This document shows positions 55,279 through 64,000 of a DNA stretch of 64,000 bases, in pieces. Both the position numbers and the translations under genes were made by a program. Every line of letters starts with the position of its first letter. Within the stretch, counting starts at the first letter, position 1. The notes below the pieces were generated by a model, which had not been told where the DNA came from, ran no database searches, and saw only the letters and a list, made by a program, of their open reading frames with translations. The stretch lies in assembly GCA_947311255.1 (NCBI GenBank), contig CAMZKL010000005.1, positions 19,897 to 83,896 of the forward strand, written 5' to 3'. This DNA is from an uncultured Chlorobiota bacterium. Lineage in GTDB: Bacteria > Bacteroidota > Bacteroidia > Bacteroidales > JAADGE01.

Positions 55279-55876
55279 GAATATTGTGTTTTTTTAAAGT
55301 ACTCTGCAACAATTCTTTTGACCTATGTAGTCTTGCTTTAACAGTTCCAACAGGAAGTTCAAGTTTTTCTGAAATTTCGGAATAAGAAAACTCATCAAAA
55401 TATCTTAAAACAATTATTTTTCTGTAATTAATTGGAAGTTTATGTACAATGATTTTAATAATTTCTTTTTGTTGCAGACTTACAATTTCTTCTTCCGGAT
55501 TAAGCCCTTTTGCTTTAATTATATATTTTTTTTGTGTGTCAGCTTCATATTCTTTCTCAATATAAACTTCATTAACTCGTTTTTTATTAGAACGCATAAA
55601 ATCAATTCCATGATTTGTTCCTATTCTAAAAAGCCATGTACTAAATGCGTAAACAGGTTTGTAATTATCAATTTTCCTAAATGCTTTTTCAAAAGTCTCA
55701 ATAGTTAAGTCTTCGGCATCTTCTTTTGATCCTACCAATCTATACAGCATAAAATATAAAGGTTCCCTATAATAACCTAACAATTTGGAATAAGCAGACT
55801 GATTTCCTTCTTTTGCTTTTTCAATCAAAAGATAATCTCTTTTTGCCTTATCCGAAAAATTTGGACTTATTTCCAT
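55262..55876 (-). CDS. sigma-70 family (ECF-like) RNA polymerase sigma factor
   Basis: Region 2 (DAEDLTIETFEKAF...FSTWLFRIGTNHGIDFMR) and region 4 (YRKIIVLRYFDEFSYSEISEKLELPVGTVKARLHRSKE). Confidence 0.85.
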   Translation of the reverse strand: MEISPNFSDKAKRDYLLIEKAKEGNQSAYSKLLGYYREPLYFMLYRLVGSKEDAEDLTIETFEKAFRKIDNYKPVYAFSTWLFRIGTNHGIDFMRSNKKRVNEVYIEKEYEADTQKKYIIKAKGLNPEEEIVSLQQKEIIKIIVHKLPINYRKIIVLRYFDEFSYSEISEKLELPVGTVKARLHRSKELLQSTLKKHNIHDIKF

Positions 55877-56970
55877 TCTGTTTCTTTAGTGAATTTATAA
55901 CTAATTATGGCATATAGATTTACAATCGGTATTAAAACATCAAATATAGGAATAAAAATTAAATTTTTCTTTTCTTTTAATTTGTTAGAAAAAAGAATAT
56001 CTGTAATCACCTGAAAACCAAGCCTTATAAAATACAATAAAACAATCAAAAATATTGAACTTTTCAAAAAAAGAAAGTAAAGTATTGAAAAATAAAAAAA
56101 GAAAACCGATGCACTTTCAAATCCAAATAATAATTTATGAACATTTTTGTAGAAAAAACCTGTTGTAAGATGTCTTTTTTTTTGCTTAATAAATTCTTTC
56201 CACGTTTTTTTGGGAACAGAAACAGTAACACTTTCGTAATCTATAACAATTTCTGTGTTCGTTTTATTGGCAACTTCATTAACAAATAAATCGTCATCGC
56301 CGGATTTTATATGCTTATGCGATTGAAAACCTTTATTTTTTAAAAAAACAGATTTTTTATAAGATAAATTTCTTCCAACTCCCATGTATGGCAAACCTGC
56401 GTTGGCAAAAGACATATATTTTAAGGCAATGGTTAAAGTATCGTACCTAATTAATTTGTTTAATAAACCTAATGATTTTTCATATGCACCATAAGCAAGT
56501 ATAATTTCAGTTTTTTCTTTGTAAGAAGACATAACAGATTTAATCCAATTTTTTGAAACAGGATAACAATCAGCATCTGTAAATAATAAGTATTCATATT
56601 TTGAAGCATTTATTCCGGCAGTAAGGGCATTTTTTTTTCCTTTCTCTTTTAAATTTTTATCAATTTTTACTATAGTAATATTTTTATTTTTTTGAGAAAA
56701 CGAATTTAAAATGTCCTCAGTTCCATCATTAGACATATCGTTTACAACAACAACTTCAAAAAGAGGATAATTTTGGTTCAGAACTTTTGGAAGAAAATCT
56801 TTTAAATTAGTTTCTTCGTTTTTTGCACTAATAATAACTGAAACCGGTTTGTTTAAAGATAAGGATTTATTTTTTTTATTTTTAAAAAGTACACGAATAT
56901 AAAAGTAAACAAAAAAGAAAATTTGGATAGCAAATGAAATCCAAAGTGTATATGTTATAATTATTGGCAT
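55867..56970 (-). CDS. membrane-embedded family-2 glycosyltransferase (processive-type layout)
   Basis: N-terminal TM segment, VSVIISAKNEE, NDMSNDGT, FTDADC, GDDDLF, a QKKRH (QxxRW-like) motif, and C-terminal TM helices. Confidence 0.85.
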   Translation of the reverse strand: MPIIITYTLWISFAIQIFFFVYFYIRVLFKNKKNKSLSLNKPVSVIISAKNEETNLKDFLPKVLNQNYPLFEVVVVNDMSNDGTEDILNSFSQKNKNITIVKIDKNLKEKGKKNALTAGINASKYEYLLFTDADCYPVSKNWIKSVMSSYKEKTEIILAYGAYEKSLGLLNKLIRYDTLTIALKYMSFANAGLPYMGVGRNLSYKKSVFLKNKGFQSHKHIKSGDDDLFVNEVANKTNTEIVIDYESVTVSVPKKTWKEFIKQKKRHLTTGFFYKNVHKLLFGFESASVFFFYFSILYFLFLKSSIFLIVLLYFIRLGFQVITDILFSNKLKEKKNLIFIPIFDVLIPIVNLYAIISYKFTKETEWK

Positions 56971-57035
56971 TTCAGCTTAATTTAAAACCTTTAAAACCTC
57001 CGATTAAATCCTTATTCATTGAAAAACAGATATAT

Positions 57036-57115
57036 AGTTGGTATGCAATATTACTAAATAACTGAAAGATAGCTAATACAAACTCTCTGTTTATTAACAT
57101 CGCTGCATACCAACT
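57036..57115. repeat. perfect 12-bp inverted repeat with a 56-nt spacer between pdxA and the GT2 gene
   Basis: AGTTGGTATGCA (57036-57047) and TGCATACCAACT (57104-57115). Confidence 0.6.
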
Positions 57116-57133
57116 TACAAGTTGAAGGAGTAA

Positions 57134-58168
57134 CTATAATTTATTTTTTTTCATTTCTTTGTACCTTTCTCTGTTCCTAAAAATATCAATTGCAGTATAT
57201 AATGCCGCTCTAAATGAATCCGGAGATGCAATTCCTTGTCCTGCAATTTCAAATGCAGTGCCATGAACAGGCGATGTTCTTATAATGGGTAAACCAGCTG
57301 TGAAGTTTATTCCTGCATCAAACTCAACTACTTTAAAAGAGCTAAGTCCTTGGTCATGATACATTGCTAAAACAGCATCATATTTTTTATATGTTGCAGC
57401 ACCAAAGAAACCATCAGCAGCATAGGGTCCAACAGCCATAATACCTTCCTCTCTGGCTTTGTTAATTGCCGGAATAATAATGTCAATTTCTTCTTTGCCT
57501 ATTATCCCTTCGTCTCCTGCATGAGGATTTAAACCAAAAACTGCAATTTTTCCTTTTCTTATTCCAAAATCTTCAAGTAAAGACTTATTAAGAATTTGTA
57601 ATTTAGTTAAAATATTTTCTTCGGTTACTAATGAAGGAACATCTTTCAAAGGAACGTGCCCTGTTACAACACCTATTCTCATTTGTTCTCCAAGCATTAA
57701 CATTAAAACTTCGTCAGTTTTTGTTTTAGACTGAAAATATTCTGTGTGTCCGGGAAAAGTAAATTTATCTGAATTAATACTCTTTTTATTTATTGGAGCA
57801 GTAAGAATTACATCAATTTTTCCATCAATTAAATCCTTTGTGGCCTTCTCCAAAGAAAAATATGCAGCTTCACCGGATTCCGGTGTAGATTTTCCTAATT
57901 CAATACGAGTGTCTTCATTCACACAATTTATAACATTAGGTCTTTTAGGATTTGCTTCTTCCGGAGTTTTTATAATGTTAAGACTAAAATTTTCAACATT
58001 TATAGCTTTTCTATGATATGCGGCAAGTTTAGGAGAGCCATAAACAATAGGAGTGCATAAATCATTAATTCTTTTGTCTAGCAATGTCTTTATAATGATT
58101 TCGTAACCTATTCCATTTATATCGCCGTGTGTAATACCTACTTTTATTTTATTTTCGTTTACTTCCAT
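57134..58168 (-). CDS. pdxA: 4-hydroxythreonine-4-phosphate dehydrogenase PdxA
   Basis: GITHGDINGIGYEI, HTEYF and PVHGTAFEIAGQG. Confidence 0.9.
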   Translation of the reverse strand: MEVNENKIKVGITHGDINGIGYEIIIKTLLDKRINDLCTPIVYGSPKLAAYHRKAINVENFSLNIIKTPEEANPKRPNVINCVNEDTRIELGKSTPESGEAAYFSLEKATKDLIDGKIDVILTAPINKKSINSDKFTFPGHTEYFQSKTKTDEVLMLMLGEQMRIGVVTGHVPLKDVPSLVTEENILTKLQILNKSLLEDFGIRKGKIAVFGLNPHAGDEGIIGKEEIDIIIPAINKAREEGIMAVGPYAADGFFGAATYKKYDAVLAMYHDQGLSSFKVVEFDAGINFTAGLPIIRTSPVHGTAFEIAGQGIASPDSFRAALYTAIDIFRNRERYKEMKKNKL

Positions 58169-58225
58169 TGTATTTTAAAATTTAAAAAAAGAAACATAAG
58201 CATGAAAAAAGATATTTCTTAATTT

Positions 58226-59656
58226 TTATTTAATATTCTTAAAAAAGTCATATAATAATCTTACTCCATATCCACTTCCTCCTTCCGTTCTGTACGAGTT
58301 TTTTTTGCTCAAAATTGAAGGTCCTGCAATATCAATATGAATCCAAGGATAATCTGTAAAATATTCTAAAAATTTACCAGCTGTAATTGCACCAGCTTCT
58401 TTTCCTCCGATATTTTTTATGTCGGCAATGCTTGACTTTAGCATATCTTTATACTCGTCCCAAAACGGAAATCTTACCACTCTTTCATAAACATTGCAAC
58501 CACTTGAAATAAGTTTATTAAAATCTGTATCTTTTGCAGTTCCCATAATTACAGCAGCCTGTGTCCCAATTGCTGCAGCAGCAGAACCGGTAAGAGTTGC
58601 CAAGTCCATAACAAGCTCAGGATTAAGACTTTGTGCATAGCTTAGTGCATCTGCAAGTATCAACCTTCCTTCTGCATCTGTATTTAAAACTTCAACAAAT
58701 AGTCCATTGTGCATTTTGATAACATCTCCAGGTACATAAGCATTTTCATTAACAAGATTATCAGTTGAAGGAATTAAAGCTATAAGTTTTACAGGAAGTT
58801 TATTTTTTGCAATTGCATACATCGCTCCAATAACAGAAGCTGCACCAGCCATATCCAATTTCATTAAATCCATTGAATTTTTTGTAGGTTTTAAACTATA
58901 ACCTCCCGAATCATAAACTAAACCTTTGCCAACAAGAACATATGGTTTGTTGTTTATTGCATTTTCAGGTTCCCATTTTAGTATTGAAAAAGTTGGTGAA
59001 ATTTTACTGCCTTTATTAACAGCAAGTAATCCCCCCATTTTATGCTTCTCAATTTCTTTTTTATATAATACTTCAACCTTAAAACCGGCTTCTTTACCAA
59101 ATTTTTCAATTTTTTCTGAAAGTTGAACAGAATTTAATCCGGAAAAAGGTTCATTTCCTAAATCACGAGCACTATACACGCCCTCCATAATTGATTGTAT
59201 ATCAGAAATTTGCTTATTGTCTGCATTTTCAGAAACAATATCAATTGCCGTAAGTTTAGAAACTTTATCTTTTGGATCTTTAAAATACTTTAAAAATTGG
59301 TAATTGCTTAAAATAATTCCTTCAATAAATGCAATAAGTTCTTCGCTACTTTTTCCTGTATCAATTATTGTAATTGATTTTAACTTTTTTTTATTTATAA
59401 TTGAACATAATTTGCTCCCGTAAGTTCTAATTTTTTCAACATTATTTCCAACAGTTTCATTTTTAAAATTAAAAAACCATAAAAAATTGTCGTAATTATT
59501 AATTTCAACAATATTTTTATCATCATTAAATTCATTAATAATAAATTTCTGTTGCTTTTCGTTAATTAAATAAAACTTATAATCAATATTTTTGTCAATA
59601 AAAACAAGGGTATCTTTTGGTTTTATTTTTTCTTTTTTTATTATATTTATTTTCAT
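58226..59656 (-). CDS. pepA: leucyl aminopeptidase (M17)
   Basis: VGKGLVYDSGGYSLKP and NTDAEGRLILADAL signatures. Confidence 0.9.
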   Translation of the reverse strand: MKINIIKKEKIKPKDTLVFIDKNIDYKFYLINEKQQKFIINEFNDDKNIVEINNYDNFLWFFNFKNETVGNNVEKIRTYGSKLCSIINKKKLKSITIIDTGKSSEELIAFIEGIILSNYQFLKYFKDPKDKVSKLTAIDIVSENADNKQISDIQSIMEGVYSARDLGNEPFSGLNSVQLSEKIEKFGKEAGFKVEVLYKKEIEKHKMGGLLAVNKGSKISPTFSILKWEPENAINNKPYVLVGKGLVYDSGGYSLKPTKNSMDLMKLDMAGAASVIGAMYAIAKNKLPVKLIALIPSTDNLVNENAYVPGDVIKMHNGLFVEVLNTDAEGRLILADALSYAQSLNPELVMDLATLTGSAAAAIGTQAAVIMGTAKDTDFNKLISSGCNVYERVVRFPFWDEYKDMLKSSIADIKNIGGKEAGAITAGKFLEYFTDYPWIHIDIAGPSILSKKNSYRTEGGSGYGVRLLYDFFKNIK

Positions 59657-59790
59657 TTCTATATTTGATAATTAAGGATGTAAAAGTATAAAAAATAGTA
59701 AATATGTAAGAAAAAAAGCAAATTATAATTTTGAATTCTCGTATTTTAAAAACTTTTGCACGTATTTTGCAAATATTATAATTAAAAAAA

Positions 59791-60459
59791 ATGAAAATGA
59801 AGAATAAAATTCTTCTTATATTATTTGTATTTAGTTTTCACTTTTCTTTCTCACAAATTAATAAAAAATTTGGTAACAAAAGTGAATTGAATAAAGAATA
59901 CTTTTTTGCAATTAGGCTAATGCCAAGTCTTAATGGAGGATTGTATCAATGTGCTATTTTAAAAAAAGGAGTTTCAGCTCCCTATGACATCATAAATCTG
60001 TCTGTAAACAGTTGGATAAGACAAGCGGCAGGTTATGAAACTTCAAAAGCAAATCCTACCGGAGAAAATCTTTTGGCTAAATACAATGTTTTTAAAGTTC
60101 CAGAAAAAGCAAAAAAAATTGGGGACAGTGAAATTGTAATGTACACTATTAAAAAAACTGAAGCAATATTTAATAATTTATGGAGAGTAAGATATTCGGA
60201 ATATCCATATTTTTCTCTTTCAAAAAAGAATGAAAAAGGATGGGCAAAGCATCCTGACCCTCAAATAACTTGGTTGCCATCAGATAGCCAAATGCAAATT
60301 TTAAGAGCCTTTGGAATTGAAGAATTAAGTGATTTTATTATTGAAGATAAAGTTTTTCTCTTTCTGAAAGCTGTAAGAGATAGAAACTGGCAAAATTCAT
60401 ACATCCAAAGTGCAGGAACTTTTTCGGAAGACTCGCAAGAAGATATTCCTGATGAATAA
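59791..60459 (+). CDS. hypothetical secreted protein
   Basis: Signal peptide. 222 aa with no recognised motif. Confidence 0.6.
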   Translation: MKMKNKILLILFVFSFHFSFSQINKKFGNKSELNKEYFFAIRLMPSLNGGLYQCAILKKGVSAPYDIINLSVNSWIRQAAGYETSKANPTGENLLAKYNVFKVPEKAKKIGDSEIVMYTIKKTEAIFNNLWRVRYSEYPYFSLSKKNEKGWAKHPDPQITWLPSDSQMQILRAFGIEELSDFIIEDKVFLFLKAVRDRNWQNSYIQSAGTFSEDSQEDIPDE

Positions 60460-60538
60460 GGAAAATTAAAAAACTTAATCTACTCTTCAATAAACGAATC
60501 TAATAGTTTTATGAAATTTTAGTTAGTTCATTATAGAA

Positions 60539-60620
60539 AGACCCTGCAGGTTTAAGTTTGCAAAGACATAAAATCTTAAACACCTTATATTTAGTTAATT
60601 ATCACAAACCCGCAGGGTCT
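60539..60620. repeat. GC-rich 15-bp inverted repeat (14/15) with a 52-nt spacer upstream of parA
   Basis: AGACCCTGCAGGTTT (60539-60553) and AAACCCGCAGGGTCT (60606-60620). Confidence 0.6.
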
Positions 60621-60758
60621 GAAAACACAAAAATCACTTTTTGTACTGCTCTCTTTAGTTGTTAATTTTATAATTTTATTAACAAAAAATCATTTTCTTG
60701 TTTATTAATCGTTAATAAAAGAAATAATCAAATTCAACTTAAGTTATAATAAAAATTA

Positions 60759-60784
60759 TATTTTTGCATAATTCTTTATATTTG
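60759..60784 (+). promoter_or_regulatory. two candidate -7 boxes (TATTTTTG, TATATTTG) for parA
   Basis: TAnnTTTG matches at 60759-60766 and 60777-60784, 36 and 18 bp upstream of ATG 60803. Confidence 0.4.
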
Positions 60785-60802
60785 AATTTCAAAACATAGC
60801 AT

Positions 60803-61570
60803 ATGTCAAAAATTATAGCATTAGCAAATCAAAAAGGAGGAGTAGGAAAAACTACTACTGCAATAAACCTGGCAGCAAGCCTTGCAGTATTAGAAAAAAG
60901 GGTTTTAATTGTTGATGTTGATCCTCAGGCAAATGCAACATCCGGAATTGGATTTGACCTTAAAGAGCTAGAAACAAGCATATATGAATGCTTTATAGGA
61001 GGTGCAAATCCAAAAGATGCAATATTAAAAACAGAAATTGAAAATCTGTATTTATTACCATCACATATCGATTTGGTAGGTGCTGAAATAGAGATGTTAG
61101 AACTTGAAGATAGGGAGTTTATACTCAAAAATATTATGAATAAAATTAAAGGAGATTATGATTATATTTTAGTAGATTGTTCTCCTTCCTTAGGTCTTTT
61201 AACTTTAAATGCACTAGTAACCTCTGATTCTGTAATAATTCCTGTTCAATGTGAATATTTTGCATTAGAGGGTTTAGGCAAGTTATTAAATACCATACAG
61301 ATGATTCAGAAAAATATAAATACTGAACTTTCAATAGAAGGTTTTTTATTAACAATGTATGATGCAAGACTTCGTCTAGCAAACCATGTTGCAACAGAAG
61401 TTAGAAATCATTTCGAAACAATGGTATTTGATACAATAATACAAAGAAACATTAAACTTAGCGAGGCTCCAAGTTATGGTATGCCTGCAGTACAATATGA
61501 TGCGAACTCAAAAGGAGCAATAAACTATTTGAATCTTGCAAGAGAATTACTTGAGAGGAATAATGATTAA
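60803..61570 (+). CDS. parA: chromosome partitioning ATPase ParA/Soj
   Basis: Deviant Walker A NQKGGVGKTTTAINLA. Confidence 0.95.
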   Translation: MSKIIALANQKGGVGKTTTAINLAASLAVLEKRVLIVDVDPQANATSGIGFDLKELETSIYECFIGGANPKDAILKTEIENLYLLPSHIDLVGAEIEMLELEDREFILKNIMNKIKGDYDYILVDCSPSLGLLTLNALVTSDSVIIPVQCEYFALEGLGKLLNTIQMIQKNINTELSIEGFLLTMYDARLRLANHVATEVRNHFETMVFDTIIQRNIKLSEAPSYGMPAVQYDANSKGAINYLNLARELLERNND

Positions 61571-61664
61571 TTATTTTATGTAAAAGTAATAGTTTTAAAA
61601 CAAAAATTAAAAATCTGAACTAAAAAACAATGTATTTGTTTATAGTTTTTCTTAAATAAAAAAT

Positions 61665-62558
61665 ATGGCAAAGAAAAGTCCTCTAGGAAAAGGCTTAGGA
61701 GCACTAATTGACAATTCAAAATTTGAAAAAAAAAGTGTTAACGAAGCTGTTTCAACTGGTGCAGTTGCAGAAATTGATATTGACAAAATTGAAATTAACC
61801 CTTTTCAGCCACGCGTTGAATTTGATAAAGAATCGTTAAAAGAATTAACAATATCAATTAAAAAACATGGTATAATTCAACCAATTACTGTTCGTAAGCT
61901 ATCTCAGAATAAATTTCAATTAATTTCAGGAGAAAGAAGGTTAAGAGCATCAAAAGAAGCAGGATTTAAGAAGATTGTTGCATTTATAAGAAAAGCAAAT
62001 GACCAAGAAATGCTTGAAATGGCATTAATTGAGAATATTCAAAGAGAAGACTTAAATGCTATCGAAGTTGCAGTTTCATATCAAAGGTTAATTGATGAAT
62101 GTAATTTAACACAAGACACTTTGGGAGACAGAGTGGGCAAGAAAAGAACAACAATCTCTAATTATTTAAGACTATTAAAACTTCCGTCTGTTATTCAGTC
62201 TGGATTGCAACAAAAATTAATTTCTATGGGGCATGCAAGAGCCTTAGTTACAGTTGAAAACGAAAAAGAACAAAATAATATTTTTGAAAGAATAGTTTCA
62301 AATAAATTATCTGTTAGAGAAGCAGAAAAAATAATTAGAGAGATAAACTTTCCTGCAAAAAAATCTACTTATAAAACAAAATCAAATAGTAAAACAAACT
62401 TAACAGAAAAACATATTGATTTTAAGAACAAACTGTCTGATATTCTGAAAAGTAATGTTACAATTAAAAGAAATAATGCAGGAAAAGGGAGCTTAACAAT
62501 ACCCTTTACTTCTGATGAAGATTTTAAGAAAATTAAAGAAATTCTTTTAAAAATGTAA
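61665..62558 (+). CDS. parB: chromosome partitioning protein ParB/Spo0J
   Basis: ParB box GERRLRASKEAG and HTH region. Confidence 0.95.
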   Translation: MAKKSPLGKGLGALIDNSKFEKKSVNEAVSTGAVAEIDIDKIEINPFQPRVEFDKESLKELTISIKKHGIIQPITVRKLSQNKFQLISGERRLRASKEAGFKKIVAFIRKANDQEMLEMALIENIQREDLNAIEVAVSYQRLIDECNLTQDTLGDRVGKKRTTISNYLRLLKLPSVIQSGLQQKLISMGHARALVTVENEKEQNNIFERIVSNKLSVREAEKIIREINFPAKKSTYKTKSNSKTNLTEKHIDFKNKLSDILKSNVTIKRNNAGKGSLTIPFTSDEDFKKIKEILLKM

Positions 62559-62559
62559 A

Positions 62560-63195
62560 ATGAATAATATTAAATTGTTGTTGTTTTTAATAATATTTGC
62601 TGTTTCTTTTCATCAAACAAAAGCTCAAGTTGATAGTTCTAATGTTATTATGACTGCTGATACAATTGCAGTTTTGTCTGATTCTGTATTTTTATCAACA
62701 GAAACTGTTATTGTTTCAAAAATAAAAAACAATTCTAAAAGAAAAAACCCGAAGAAAGCTGTTTTATTTTCTCTATTACCCGGTGCAGGACAAGCATACA
62801 ATGAGCAATACTGGAAAATACCTATATTTTATGGGGCGTTTGGCTATGCGGTATATAAAATAAACAGCAACAACAAACAATACAAAAGATATCTGAACGG
62901 ACTAATTGAAAAGCAAAACAATGTTCCTCAAAACGAATTAAGATATTTTCCTGACAACCCTGATGAAGAAAAATTAAAAAGAGGACGAGATAAGTTCAGA
63001 AGAAAAAGAGATTTAGCAGGAATTTTGTTTCTTGCAGTATATTCTTTTAATTTAATTGATGCTTCTGTTTATGCACATCTTTCAGATTTCGATGTTAGCG
63101 AAGATTTAACATTAAATATTAAACCGGAAATATTGCCTATCTTTGCTAGCGAAAACAAAAATACAATTGGACTAACAATAAGCCTAAAATTTTAA
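62560..63195 (+). CDS. DUF5683-like membrane protein
   Basis: Positioned immediately after parB, as is typical in Bacteroidota. LLPGAGQAYNEQYWKIPIFYG motif. Confidence 0.7.
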   Translation: MNNIKLLLFLIIFAVSFHQTKAQVDSSNVIMTADTIAVLSDSVFLSTETVIVSKIKNNSKRKNPKKAVLFSLLPGAGQAYNEQYWKIPIFYGAFGYAVYKINSNNKQYKRYLNGLIEKQNNVPQNELRYFPDNPDEEKLKRGRDKFRRKRDLAGILFLAVYSFNLIDASVYAHLSDFDVSEDLTLNIKPEILPIFASENKNTIGLTISLKF

Positions 63196-63229
63196 ATAAT
63201 AAACACACTTTACAATTAAACTAAAATAC

Positions 63230-64000
63230 ATGAGATTTTTTTTTATACTTATAATTATAATATACTCTACCCTAGCAGGTTATACTCAAAAAAGCAAAAA
63301 ATACAGCAGTTTAAATGATATTGATGCATTAACTCAGCAAGTTGAATTTCTTGATTTGTTAGTTAACAATTGGTACGTAAAAAGAAGCAAAATAAATATT
63401 AACAATCAGTTAATACAAAAAAACAACTTGCCTGAAGTAGATGTTGAAACTCCTGATTCGATATATGTTAAACGACTTTTTAATTTACCTACTTTAATAC
63501 CTTTAACTTTTAATAAAGAAGTAAAAAAATGGATTAATGTATATACACGAAATAATGCTTTCCGAAGAAAACTTTTAGGAATGACGCATTATTACTTGCC
63601 TTTTTTCGAACAAACTTTTGATAAATATGACCTACCATTAGAATTAAAATACATGGCAATAATTGAGTCCGGATTAAATCCAAGAGCAAGATCCCGTGCA
63701 GGAGCAGTTGGTCTTTGGCAATTTATGTTTCCAACAGGAAAAATGTACGGTCTTGAAATTAATTCTTATGTTGATGAAAGAATGGACGTTTTAAAATCTA
63801 CTGATGCAGCAGCAAGATATTTACGAGATATGTATAAAATTTTTGGTGATTGGAACCTCTCAATTGCAGCTTATAATAGTGGGGCAGGAAATGTTAAAAA
63901 AGCAATAAGGCGTTCAGGTGGAAAAACAGATTTTTGGGAAATATACCCTTTTTTGCCAAAAGAAACAAGAGGTTATATTCCTGCATTTATAGCTGCTTTA
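63230..64000 (+). CDS. lytic transglycosylase (MltD-like, SLT domain); runs off the window
   Basis: ATG 63230, signal peptide, AIIESGLNPRARSRAGAVGLWQFM and IAAYNSGAGNV. No stop inside the window. Confidence 0.85.
   Translation, partial: MRFFFILIIIIYSTLAGYTQKSKKYSSLNDIDALTQQVEFLDLLVNNWYVKRSKININNQLIQKNNLPEVDVETPDSIYVKRLFNLPTLIPLTFNKEVKKWINVYTRNNAFRRKLLGMTHYYLPFFEQTFDKYDLPLELKYMAIIESGLNPRARSRAGAVGLWQFMFPTGKMYGLEINSYVDERMDVLKSTDAAARYLRDMYKIFGDWNLSIAAYNSGAGNVKKAIRRSGGKTDFWEIYPFLPKETRGYIPAFIAAL

Noticed and set aside
1-64000. CRISPR arrays, rRNA operons, IS elements, prophage or toxin-antitoxin modules.
   Set aside because: No regularly spaced repeats, no transposase, integrase, Cas or phage-structural signatures were found in any frame. 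The YwqK 'antitoxin' label often attached to MORN-repeat proteins is not supported here, since this protein has a signal peptide and no toxin neighbour.

Overview
This is an AT-rich (roughly 30% G+C by eye), densely coding chromosomal segment from a Bacteroidota bacterium. The phylum call rests on a T9SS C-terminal sorting-domain cargo protein, PorP/SprF, a GLPGLI protein, DUF5683 after parAB, RpoN, and TAnnTTTG -7 promoter boxes upstream of many genes. I call about 53 protein genes and one tRNA-Arg(ACG). I saw no rRNA, CRISPR array, transposase, integrase or phage genes. Most genes are housekeeping: htpG, rpoN, add, yaaA, queA, mgtE, aroB, pdxA, pepA, rsmG, parA/parB, an FGGY kinase, proline dehydrogenase, Ppx/GppA, Hsp20 and others. 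Several ORF-track starts are TTG or GTG codons, so I trimmed or flagged those N-termini. The stand-out is an ~11 kb locus at about 20.85-31.8 kb. It encodes two paralogous small secreted beta-strand proteins, a secreted two-domain protein with a PapD-like chaperone signature, and a 1190-aa outer-membrane protein (Ig-like domains, beta-barrel, Ig-like domains, OmpA). Interleaved with these are a TPR-membrane PP2C/SpoIIE phosphatase, a tandem HATPase kinase/pseudokinase (SiaB-like) and a DUF1987 (SiaC-like) protein. I read this as a candidate non-canonical chaperone/usher-like surface-fibre system under a Sia-type partner switch that lacks a diguanylate cyclase output. That reading is inference from motifs and gene order, not a database result. 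A second PP2C phosphatase (34.3-35.8 kb) and a second DUF1987 gene (8.6-8.9 kb) lie elsewhere in the window. Other notable items are a TTAA-flanked MITE-like element, phased direct repeats in two divergent promoter regions, a duplicated palindromic operator upstream of hsp20, several long-loop inverted repeats and a G9 tract inside ppx.
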